In this document: piece after piece, positions 14,364 to 25,938 of the stretch
Layout of the letters: every line of letters starts with the position of its first letter
How positions within the stretch are numbered: the first letter of the stretch is position 1
Assembly: GCA_964016885.1 (NCBI GenBank)
Contig: OZ024742.1
Location: 232,066,001-232,130,000 of the forward strand
Direction of reading: 5' to 3'
Length of the DNA: 64,000 nucleotides
Origin: Eledone cirrhosa
Lineage: Eukaryota
Made by a program: the position numbers and the translations under genes
The notes under the pieces: model-generated
Databases searched by the model: none
What the model saw: only the letters and a program-made list of their open reading frames with translations
What the model was told of the DNA's origin: nothing

Positions 14364-14703
14364 CGAATCAATTAAAACAAATCCTTCTTTATTGCAGTTT
14401 TCTTCATCATCATCGTCATCATCATCCTCTTCACTGGTAGTACCATTAGCATACTGTTGTAAGATGGTCTCTGAAACAGCAGGTTCACTTTCCGAGCTCG
14501 CTGCCAAGTCTTCAGCTCCTGAATTGTGTGATATTCCTGAGGGACTAGAACTTTGTTGAGGAGGTTTGTTAGTATTTTGTAATAGAGTAATGAAGGGGAT
14601 GTCTTCCATTGCATTGGAGCAAGTTTTGTTCAGATTATAATGCAGATCACTGGCGAAAGCACCAACCACTCGTTCATCAAGATAGTCATTTTCTTTGTCA
14701 GAG
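14364..14703 (-). CDS. ATG13: ATG13 coding exon 4 (GAF/DIPF motifs, acidic tract, LIR FVLI), 340 nt
   Basis: Acceptor TTGCAG|C (phase 2) and donor TCG|GTAAGT (phase 0). VVGAFAS...EDIPF...EGFVLIDS parallels recalled human KVGAFVN...LDIPF...DDFVMIDF. Confidence 0.92.
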
Positions 14704-15130
14704 CTGCAATAGAGGAAAAATATATACATATTTAAGTACATAATGTCAAATTCTCCAACTTTGATTACATAAAAAATTCATGACTGTTAATAATAATCAT
14801 CACCGTCTCCATGCTTGCATGGCTTAGATGGGTTGTTATGTTCTGAGGCCAGACACCCTAACAAACTAATATTTAGCAACTAATCATTAAAAACAAAATA
14901 CAGAAAAATGATGTCGCTTAAATTTATATAAACCAGCTTGAAATACTCAGACAGTTGCCTGAATGATTGATATACTGTGAAACTTGAGTGTTGTCAAAAA
15001 AAAAAGTTCAAATAATATACTTTACACCTTGTACTGAGTGCTTACTTCCTCTTTCACTGACAAACTGTAACATTTGAATGAATGTATGTATGTGTGTGTG
15101 TCTGTGTATATATATATATATATATATATA

Positions 15131-15690
15131 CCATGGTCGAGTCGTTGACGACTAAACTGGCAACCCTACCAAGGTTTCTAGGTGAGGACGGTGACTTTGG
15201 ACATCCTGCAGGACTAAAAACAAAACCTGTCAAAGGGCAAAGGAGCTCTTAAGAGTCAATGGCCATCCAAAATCACCGGGCGAGATGACCCCTTAGCCTT
15301 TGTCAATGCAGAATTCTAGGAGAAGGAAAACTCTGATATAACACCTGCAACCCTGATGGTATCCAATGATGTTGACTTGTTCTTCTTTTTGGTAAATATC
15401 ATCTTGGTTAAGAGAGTGGGATTGGCTTTGTGCAGTGCCTTGGCTCACTATAAAAGCTTCACAGCACAGGCATTGCTTTATATCTGGAGATCTCTCTGCA
15501 CTTGTCACATGGTACCATGGACCCAGCACTATGTGTCAATAATTGTCGCAAGTGTAGTGTTTGTACCAGAGTTTTCAAGTCGCTGGCTGGACTAAAAAGT
15601 CACACTCGTTCAGCGCAAAGGTAGGGGTTCTCCTACATGGTTATAAAGTAGTGGCCGTACTCGAAAACGAGTTGGCAGCCACCATATATA
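15131..15690 (+). mobile_element. Probable internally deleted, non-autonomous RTE-derived element inserted in (TA)n
   Basis: 5'UTR-like head followed by a C-terminal zinc-finger remnant KCSVCTRVFKSLAGLKSHTR and a short hairpin-like 3' end (ACTCG-AAAA-CGAGT), with TA repeats on both sides. Confidence 0.55.
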
Positions 15691-15766
15691 TACACATATA
15701 CAGCATTGTAATCATCCATCTTTGTCATTTTAGAAGCAGCATTTGGGGGTTGGATGCACATGTTTT

Positions 15767-15949
15767 TTAACCCTTTAGCATTTAAACCGAATGTATCCGG
15801 CCAGAATTCTCTCGCCTCTTTCTGTTCAAACCAGCTGTTCATAATTATGTTAAGGTATTGGTCTCAAAATAAATAATATCGAAATTATGTGAGATAAAGT
15901 GTTTACTGTGAAAATACAATAGTATATATAGAGTAATGTAAAGGGTTAA
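15767..15949. mobile_element. piggyBac-like MITE (TTAA-CCCTTT...AAAGGG-TTAA); related copies at ~57774-57970 and 63627-63789
   Basis: Terminal inverted repeats with TTAA ends; internal sequence shared among copies. Confidence 0.75.
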
Positions 15950-17375
15950 AGGGTTAAGTAAGATACTAATCATTATCAAACCTTTGTTTATGTAGAACAA
16001 GTTGTGTCAAATGTGAAGCAAAAGAAACATGAACACACACACAATTTTACTTGCAAAGCACTGGTCAACTGGAGGCCTATTTAATCTTTTTTCATACCAA
16101 CCTGTGCAAAACTAGCTCGGGTTCTATGAAACAAAACCACCCATTTTAAAGGGTTTCTATTTAAATGAAAATCTTCCAACATAATTTTATATAAAGAACC
16201 ATGTTAAGTTACTCTCTTAGTAATGAAATAATAATTTTAGTAAATCCCTCATTAATTAATTGAAATAGAGTGTACCTCACCAGAAATTTGATAACAAAAT
16301 GGTTGGGCGTTATCCAACCAACAGTATTTACTATCCTTTGATACAAGTATAGTCTTGATTAATCCTACAGCATCAGACTGGAATTGCATGTTAATTTTTG
16401 CATTTTTCAAAAAATGTTCAAAATTAAATAAGAGATATTTTGATCAAATTTACTTTGTTTACTTTGTCTGGATTTGTGCTTTACAAACTAAACAGTCAGT
16501 ATTTTTCTTCTTTGTGTGTGTGTGATCACATTTAGTTCTATAAAGGATGTATTTAAACTTAATCTGCCTCCTTTATCAATTCATCACAAATTTCTTATAT
16601 CTACATCTAACTACATAAACGCCTTGTATTGAGGTTGTGAGTCAAAATAGATTTTTATTTATAGTTTGTTTTTTATAACCAACAATGCTCTTTCAAATTG
16701 GCTAACAACAAGTGCACTGCATTTCCAATATCAAGATTGATAGGGAGGTGTCTGTGCAAATCGGGCAGAATAAATACATGGTATTTTTATTTGATGTACT
16801 GAGGAGGATTACTCATGAAAACCAATAGTTTTCATGAGTAATTAACCTCAGTACATCAAACAATAGCTAAATTAGTATTAATATAATATAGTGATACTAT
16901 GAATATGTGCTTTGCTTGACTAGATGGTGGTGGTGGGTTTTAATAAATCCTAGGTCAGCTCTGATCAAGCTAAGAACAACAAGATGGGAATGTGTGATTT
17001 GAGAGAGATTCGGTTGCTGTTTCCAGCTAGTTAAGCAACCAAATTTATTGTGATGAGTAAGAACCACTTACAGTGTAGGTGACACACCCTTTAATGATTT
17101 AGAATTTATAGTGAAAAGCAAACCATAATGTGCACTTTGTGATAAATTTAATGTGTCATTTGTACATTAACTCTTTCAAAGCTACATTTTGAATAAAATT
17201 CGCTGCTTATAATTTTCAAATAATTTTGCAAAGATTTATTAACTCTTAACCTAGAAAAATAAATATCTAAAAACAGTTTTGTTAATTTAAATGTTTATAA
17301 TGACTTTACTAGCAGGCAAATTGTTGTGAAAATTAATGGGATTAAAGTAAAGACTTCAATTTTTCATAGTGCTTT

Positions 17376-17597
17376 TTTATTATATAAAATTATTGTTTCT
17401 ACATTTGGCACAAGGCCAGCAATTACCCAGTACATTACTGGTACTTTATTTTATCGACCCCGTAAGGATGAAAGGCAAAGTTAACCTCGGCGGGATTTGA
17501 ACTCAGACTGTAAAGGGACGTAACTATGCTAGAAAGCATGGCGTCCAACCCTCTACCGATACTACCAATTCACCGCCCTTTATTATATAAAATTATG
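17376..17597 (-). mobile_element. Meta-like SINE, full length with 18-bp TSD
   Basis: Reverse complement of the 10339 family; TSD TTTATTATATAAAATTAT. Confidence 0.9.
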
Positions 17598-18599
17598 ATA
17601 GGTTTTTAGATGAATATAAATACTTTAAATTAATAGTTTTGAAATGTGGAACCAGGGGTGGTTTAAGGTGGTTTGTTATCAAAAGTTTTTACAACCAAAG
17701 AAATACTGTTGCAAACATTTTATAAATTATATAATATGAGGCTGGGTTGTTTAGTCTTAGTAGTATGACACAAAGTTCCTGATTGTATTAACTCTTGATA
17801 TTGGTAACTTTAGACAGTTTTGTTGGAAAAATAACTATGGTGTTGAGTTCCCTGATCAATCAACATTCTACAAATGACCATCTTTGACAAGCATGGATTC
17901 TCTCAAAGTAAAAGTGTCGGAGAAGGTTCAACTTCTAGATGAAACACAGTGCCTATGATTTTTCAAATAATTTTGAAAATAATCCAGTATTTGGAGAGAT
18001 TTAATAATACAAATTACTTTGTTTGACATTATTAAACTGGTGTTTGGAACATAAAGAAAGTTCTTAAATAAAATTATGGCAGAAACTTTTTAGATAAATA
18101 TAAGCAATTTAAAATAAACAGCTTCATAGAAACAAGGGCAGTTTCTGGTGGGTTAGCACCAAAAGGGTTAAGTGTTTGTATTCATCTCATATATTTGTTC
18201 AGTCAAAAGCGGTCTATTTTTGTAACACTGAGTAATCATCATCATTGTCATTTAACATCCACTTTTAACATCCCAGCTAACAAATGTTGGATAGGTCATT
18301 ACAGACCACATCAGTACTCAAGTGGAGCTACTGACTTCTCAGATTGTTGAGGGGATTGCATGTTGATTACATACATTTCTGCACACTAGTGAAGGCTCAG
18401 ATGGACCAAAGGCCTGCACCACACTTACATATGTTCACACACTCGATCAAGTGCATTTTATCATGGCACCAAAACTAGGAAGGTTGTTATGTCTTTGACA
18501 CAGGTGTAAAGTTCTCCCGACTCTTTATTTTGCAGGTTTTCTATGGTTGGATGACCTTCCTATCACCAACCACTTTACACAGTATATTGGGTGATCCTG

Positions 18600-21180
18600 T
18601 CCTTCTGGTCTTTACTTAGTCCTGCCTGTGGAGTATAGGTAGATGAAATTGTCACCATTCTATAGGAAATAGAATGGTAACAATTACATCTACCTATGCT
18701 CTAAGTAAAGACCAGAAGGATAGGTTCTATGAGGAACTCTTACAGACAACTTCAGGTACTGATGAAAGAGACGACATCCTTGTAGGCAACTTCAATGGCC
18801 ATGTGGGGCAGTACCAGGACAGATTCTGTGGAGTTCGAGAAATGAAGAGGAATTGAGGCTCCTGGAATTCTGTGACATGAATGAACTAACCATTTGCAAC
18901 ACAAATTTCAGGAAACTAGCCAGCCTTCTGATTTCATATGAATTGAATCAGGTGAACACCAAAGCCACATTGATTGATTACTTGTAAGACGAGATAAATA
19001 GACTGTAATAAACACTAAGATCTTCCCTGGGGAAGAATTGGGTTGCCCAACATGGGTTAGTTATTAGTGACATCAAAATAAACACAAGACAGAACAAGAT
19101 ACACAGGAAAATATGGAGACAGAGGTTTTGGAAGCTAAAGGACTTTTCAGCTAAATATAGGTTTAGAAAGGCCCTACAGAATGCAGTAGATGAGAGGGAT
19201 GATGAACTAGGTACACATAATGTAGAGGACAACTGGAAATTCCTATATGACAACCTTTTGCAAACCACTAATGAGACTTGTGCCTGGAGTAAAGCACCAG
19301 CCAGAGGGTGACTTGGTGGAATAGCACCGTAGAGACAGCGATTAAAGCCAAGAGACAATCATGGAAAGGCTGGAAAAATGGGGGTAACAGAGACCAGTAC
19401 CAGGTTGCTCAGAGAGAAACTAGACAACAGGTATACACAGCTCAGAGAGAGGCTGAATAAAGAAAGTTTGCCAATGTATTGAGACATGAGGACCAGAAAT
19501 GTGAAGTATTTTGCTTTGCAAGGCAGTGTATTAGTGTAAATTGAGATGATGTTGGGGAAAATCTGTTAGAAATGATGCTGGTGCACTAAGCACCACTTAT
19601 GTCCAAAAGAAAGAGGCCTGGAAAGGTTACTATGAGGGATTTATGAATATAGAGAACGAATAGGAGGAAGAGAAACTAACCCCAACTTACCCAACAGCTA
19701 TTGAAGTTGACAGTTATAGGGATGAAGAGATGAAGAATAGTAAAGCTACCAGACTATCAGAGATAGCTGCTGTGATTCTAAAAGCATAGGGAGAAATAGG
19801 AGTCAAACTAGTAACCCGTATAGTCAACCAGGTAATACAGGACGAAGTCATACCCAATGACTAGCACTGCAGTACAATCATAAATTACTATAAGAGCAAA
19901 GGTGATGCTCTAGAAAGGAGCAACAAAACTAATGGACCAAGTTACGAAGGGACAAAAAGAGTTATAGCACAACTAATTAGGGAAAGAGTCAAATTAGACG
20001 AGATGCAGTTTGGTTTCATACCTTGGAAAAGTACTACAGATGCCCTCTTTTTAGTGAGGCAACTACAATAGAAGTTCCTAACCAAGAATAAGCCACTATA
20101 CCTAGCTTTCGTTGATCTAGAAAAAAGCATTTGACAAAGTACCCTGATTTATTATCTGGTAGTCCTTAAGGAAATTAGGTGTAGAAGAATGACTTGTGAC
20201 AGCAGTGTAAGCCATATATACAGGGGAGCTTTCAATAAAGGGAGAGTAAGAAGTGAGTTTAGTGAGGAATTCAAGGTACAGGTAGGAATTCATCAAGATT
20301 TGGTTCTTAGCTCACTGCTGTTCATCATAGTTTTCTAAGCCATTGCAGAGGAGTTTAAAACTGGCTGTCCATGGGAACTTCTCTATGCAGATGATTTGGT
20401 GCTTATAGCCAAATCCATAAAGGAACTAGAAAATAAGTTATGACTATGGAAACGGAATTTGGAATCAAACGATCTGAGAGTAAACTTAGCCAAAACTAAA
20501 GTGCTACTGAATAGGAAAAAAAAGACCTTGATCCCTTCAGGGAAGTAGCCCTGCTCCATATGTAGAAATGGAGTAGGCATAAACTCCATATGGTGTGCAC
20601 AATGTAAATCTTGGGTACACAAGAGATGTAGTGGGATAACGGGTAGATTAACAGGAAAGGAAGACTTTGTATGTAGAAGATGCATAGGAGTAATTGAAAG
20701 GAAGAGCAGCACTGATATAAACCTCTTCAAGTCACAGGAAGGGTCCATAGAAGTGGTTGACAGCTTCTGCTATCTAGGTGACTTAATCAGCAGTGGGGGA
20801 GGGTACTCTGAGAGTATAATAGCTAAAATAAGGATAGGATGGAAAAAGTGTAGAAAGCTACTCCCACTGTTGACAACAAAAGGTTTCTCCCTATGTACAG
20901 AAGAACAACTATATGATGCCTGAGTGCGAAGTGCAATGCTGCATAGTAGTGAAACATGGGCTGTGATTGCATAAGACATATATAGAATAGAGAGAAATGA
21001 AGCAGCCATGCTTCGTTGGATGTGCAATGACAATGTGAGAGAAAGAGTTTGAATGAACTGAGGGAGATGGGTTTAAGAGGAATCCGAGGTGGTATGGAGG
21101 AGAGAAGACTGTATTGGTACGAACATGTGATGTGCATGAATGCTGATCGATGGGTGAAGAAGTGCAATGAAATGCCAGTG
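18600..21180 (+). mobile_element. Large decayed RTE-clade LINE ORF (APE endonuclease, RT, PHD-like Cys cluster), antisense to ATG13
   Basis: Motifs ILVGNFNGHVG (APE), QFGFIPWKSTTDALF, LYLAFVDLEK, LLYADDLVL (RT) and CSICRNGVGINSIWCAQCKSWVHKRCSG. Many stops and frameshifts. Confidence 0.93.
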
Positions 21181-22323
21181 TTTTAAGGTTATTTTGCTAT
21201 TCAGTCAAAAAAAGACATTATGGATATACAGGCTACCAAAGATCTAAACTGAACTAAAGCCATCAATTGCAATAGAATATGACAGAGTTTTAGGTGCCCA
21301 TGCAGTCGCAAGCAGACACAGACATCTTTTTGACCTTCCCTTCTTTGATCCAGAACATTCAAGATGTGACAGCTGGTAAGAAAGAGAGCTGCATCAGCAC
21401 TGGACAGGTACAATCTTTATCAGCCTTGTAAAGATGAAAAGCAAAGTGGACCTTAGTGGGATTTGAACTCAGAACACAGGGATGAGGATCAAATATCCAA
21501 TGCCAAATTGACCACCTGTTATCAAGAATAGTTACCCAGATATTACTCGCATAGTCAAGTGCCATTTTTCAATGTACAATAGAAAGGACCTACAGGACAA
21601 TAGGCTTCAAAGTCCTTCTGCATTGATTGGATATCAGATTTGTGCACCTTTGACTGTGCAGATGTGGTGTTCAAACACTGGAAATTGAAAATATATATAA
21701 ATAAAATAACCTATGAAGATGATACATGTTTGCATGTACAACTACTGAGGAGAAGAGGAGGAATTGAACATGAAGACTAAGATTATATTGGATTACCTAT
21801 CCCTGCATGAAGTGACTAAAAGGGTTTGTATCAGGAAAGGCATTCAGCTGCAAAAGTACTATCCGACGCATCTCAACATAGAAAGGGTGATGTAAAAATG
21901 ATGATGATGATGCCTAAGACACACTAGCATGATTATTAATTCAGCGAGATGCATTTTTAATGGGAACAAGATACTGTCTGTAGAATAGTCTACTTTGAAA
22001 GAAGTGTCTCCAGATCAACATTTAAACCAGAAAATAAGAACAAACTAGAGTCTTTTGGAGAGCTGATAAATTTTCTGGTTGATATTTGCCAAAATACTCT
22101 AAAATAATGAAATGAAATGCATGCATTACACACACTCTCTCTCAACTACATTTCAAACAGCAACCAGAGCGTACTAGTTCAGATAATAGCAATATAGGGT
22201 GCCAAAAGTTTTGATGTTGGACAACACACCTGAATTTCATGATGTCCGACAGAGAGATCTCCCACTCACTTTGGGGTGGGTGAGAGATCTCTGTCTTCTC
22301 TTGTGAAAATGGGTATAGCTTTC

Positions 22324-22500
22324 ATTATGTAAAATGGACGCCATGCTTTCCAGCATAGTTACGTCCCTTTACGATCTGAGTTCAAATCCCGCCGAGGTTG
22401 ACTTTGCCTTTCATCCTTACGGGGTCGATAAAATAAAGTACCAGTAATGCGCTGGGTATTTGCTGGCCTTGTGCCTAAAGTAGAGACAATTATGTAAAAT
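22324..22500 (+). mobile_element. Meta-like SINE, 5'-truncated, 12-bp TSD; another truncated copy at 22720-22860
   Basis: TSD ATTATGTAAAAT; family core sequence. Confidence 0.88.
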
Positions 22501-24949
22501 CTCCCCCATTTTGGGGCACTTTTTTTCATGGTACTCCCTGTTTGTATTTTTAGAGGTTAGCAGGTCTGCTTATCTCTATTCTTAGTAATAAGAATTTAGC
22601 TGCATTCCTAACAAAATAACCCCATCACCCACATCAAATGGGATTACAGAACAAACAGTTCAAACAATTAAAAGGGAGTTTAAAGTATCTTTTGCCTTGA
22701 GAATAAAATTGGCTTTGACACAGAGTTACGGCCCTTGCCATTCTGAGTTCAAATCCCGCCGAGATTAACTTTGCCTTTGATCCTTACGGAGTCGATAAAA
22801 TAAAGCACCAGTAATGCACTGGGTAATTGCTGGCCTTGTGCCAAAAGTAGAAACAATTATTGATATTACTGAACATCAATTTTCCTTGCTACCAAGTAGT
22901 AGAAATATAAAACTATTGTTATGGATAAACTCCTCCTTATATGTCGATAAAGAGGCTATTTTGATTAACAATATTTCAAATCTTGTTATACAAATATTTC
23001 ATTGTTATATAAATGTTCTTTGCTGCTATATCTAAATTCTCATCTTTGTCAATTATTTACCTCATAACAATAAATATTTTATAAATTGAAACTTATAAGC
23101 TGTTACAATAAAATGCACCCAGTACACTCTGTAAAAAGATTGACACCAGGAAGGGCATCCAACTGTAAAAGTCATGCTAATAATTAGAACATACAACTGA
23201 GATGTGGTCTTCCGACCTATCCAGAAAGGCAATAAGTCCAAACAAGAACTGACTCAACAGTAACCACTCATCCAACCCATAACAGCATAGAAAACAGTCA
23301 TAAAATGATGATAGAAAGTCTGTTTGAAATTAACAACAATGGGTGAAATAGGTGTCAAGACCTTATTTATGGTAGGTATAAAACACACTTCCTTTCATAT
23401 TTTGACAACCAAGATCCATCAGCCATTAACCGTGTTCTCTTGTAACTCCCCTCATCTCATAACATACTCTCGGATCCCAAATAGTAAAAGGGCTTGGTGT
23501 TTTTTTTTAAAAAAGAGAATTGTTTAGTTTACATACTGAGACCCTAACACATCCTATTTATTTAAAACATGGGATTTCTAGTAATGTACTTTTTTGTCAT
23601 GTATAATGTTTTTTTAATGTATAAAGAAAATTAATTGTTACAGGAATGCAACCACTTAAAATAAGATTTTGGAGATAGACTAGCAAAATTTAATAAGTGG
23701 AAGGTTGGTGGGGGCATTATTTGAGAGCCAAATTGAAATAGCCCATTCCAGCAGCCACAGACAAACTGTTACCTCTCTCTACTCTACCTATGTAACAATG
23801 ATAACCTTTGTACCTTGGTTGCCTTAAGGTAAGTGCTGCGAGAGTCGGGGCAGAACTCTGGTAATTAAGACCTCATCCCAGATCCCACCCTTACTTCAAT
23901 GCATGATAAGTGATTCATGGCTTATCAATTGTAGAAGGAAGTTGATGCTCAAGTTTCATTAAACAATCACAATGGCGCCCCTTGTAGACTAAACCCACTC
24001 TCTTCAACGCCTTAAAGTTAAACTCTAGTTACCAGCCGTCTTTGATTGTACCTGGGAGTTCCATTTGTAGCTAAACCCCATTCCAACATCATTTTCTCAG
24101 CTGTAGTGAAGGTGACCTGTCTAGGAAGATAGGCAATCCGAACAAACCTTCGAGTTCTTTCAAATAAACTTACCTCTGAATATGCTGCAAAGGACTTTTT
24201 CCTGGAAAACGAAGGGGAAAGAGGAGACACTCGGACTTTTCACACACACGAGAGAGGTAAAGAAAACTCAGAGAGGTGGAGATCAAGTCTAAGAGTCCCT
24301 CCTTCCCCCGACGTTTTTCAGGAAAAACGTCCTTTGCAACATGTTCAAAGGCAAGATTAGTTGGTAGAACATGAAAAAAATAATAACGAGGAGAAAAATG
24401 GTTTTAAAAAACTCCAAGAGATGGAGGATTAAAAGTTCGAGGGTACCCCCTCTCGCTCTTTGTTTTCCAGGAGAAAAGTCCTTTCAGGTATATTCACAAG
24501 TTTAATTGATAGCACATACACAAAAAAAACAAAAAAACAGGTAAAATTGATGAGGGTGTTCTGTAAATATATCTAAGTTGCCCGAATTGTAATCATGGGT
24601 AAACTGCAACCGGTTTGGCTTCCTAAATGTTACGGAGATTCAAATATTACCTTGAATTTTTAAAGAAGTGCCACTCACCCTATGATAAGCCATATCTTAT
24701 GCGGCCCATGCTCAAAAAAGTTTACCTATGTCTGCCTTCTCTGTCGCTAGATGACGAAGGCGCTCCAAGCAATGCCACTATGGAAAAGAACTTGTAAATT
24801 GATAATGACCCTACACACATATAAACCTCAATATATATGCATGTGTGTTCGTATAGATAATTTTATTTGTTTTTTTCTTCCCCATTTGTTTTAGCCATCA
24901 TGGCTACAAACACGCTGGAACGGTAATATATATCCGCGTGTTCGAGTAT

Positions 24950-25265
24950 GTGTACACATACCATATTCGCAGGGACTACGTTCCTATAGAACTCGCGAAG
25001 AGTGAAAAACGGCGAATATTGGACGTGGTCCATAAAAATACCTATAAACGTCAAAATATAATAAAAAAAAAAAAAAAATAGAAAATAGAGGGGTCTTATG
25101 CGAAGGGGCGTCCAATCCAATAATTTAGCGTTATAAAATATATATTGCCACGAAAAAAAGTCATAATAAGAATCGCGGAAGAGATTTACGATTCCGCGAA
25201 TACGCGGTGGTTTCCACGAACAATTATTAGTTAGGTATTAAGAAAAATTCCGCGAATGCCGGGGT

Positions 25266-25270
<5 letters not shown>
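24950..25270. mobile_element. Tigger/pogo-like (Tc1-mariner) MITE, CpG-rich
   Basis: Left end ATTCGCAGGGACTACGTTCC...CGCGAA...AAAACGGCGAATA and right end CCGCGAATGCCGGGGTAC form imperfect TIRs resembling recalled Tigger/MER2-type termini. It abuts (TA)n. Confidence 0.5.
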
Positions 25271-25309
<39 letters not shown>

Positions 25310-25702
25310 CACACACACATTACCACTTTCATATAGTGTGTGGTAAATATTTAAATATAACAATATTTACCATGTATACAAGACATAAAGAGGTAATTTC
25401 CTTATTCAGAAGCCTAAATACTTTATTATAAAATTGTTAATAACTGTCCGGGAAGAGAAATGAGAAAGATTATCGATTTATTGGTAGCCATTAAGTCGGT
25501 AACGTCACGTGGAAAAGGAGGATAATTGGTTTTGTCGTCGGAAAGGTGTGCTGAGCGGATACAAAGAAACACTTTCTGTCGAAGAACAGTTAACGTGTGA
25601 TGATATAAGAGATGTCTAGACGGAGAGAATGTGGCGAAGTAGATGAAATTACATTGTTAGATTTAATTATTTACATAATTTATGTCTATATAATCTAAAA
25701 AA

Positions 25703-25762
<60 letters not shown>

Positions 25763-25840
25763 CGATGGAATTGTGGTAAGGAACCAGATGGACCATAACG
25801 CACCAGAGTACTCAATACTTAGGGTAGTAGAGTGGGTAAT

Positions 25841-25938
25841 AGGAAAAAGTATGACCCCGACGGCAGAGCTCAAGCCGTTTCAACGGCTATAGCCGTCGAA
25901 ACGGCTTGAGCTCTGCTGTCGGAGTCATACTTTTTCCT
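25841..25938. repeat. 98-bp spacerless palindrome (46/49 pairs), probably derived from a hammerhead-bearing retroelement
   Basis: AGGAAAAAGTATGAC...ACGGCTA|TAGCCGT...GTCATACTTTTTCCT; centre at 25889/25890. Confidence 0.95.

Noticed and set aside
18600-21180. Intact or domesticated reverse transcriptase gene
   Set aside because: Numerous stops and frameshifts; a dead LINE copy.
22249-22295. Short imperfect hairpin (AGAGATCT arms)
   Set aside because: Short, low-complexity arms; chance or a tiny local inversion.
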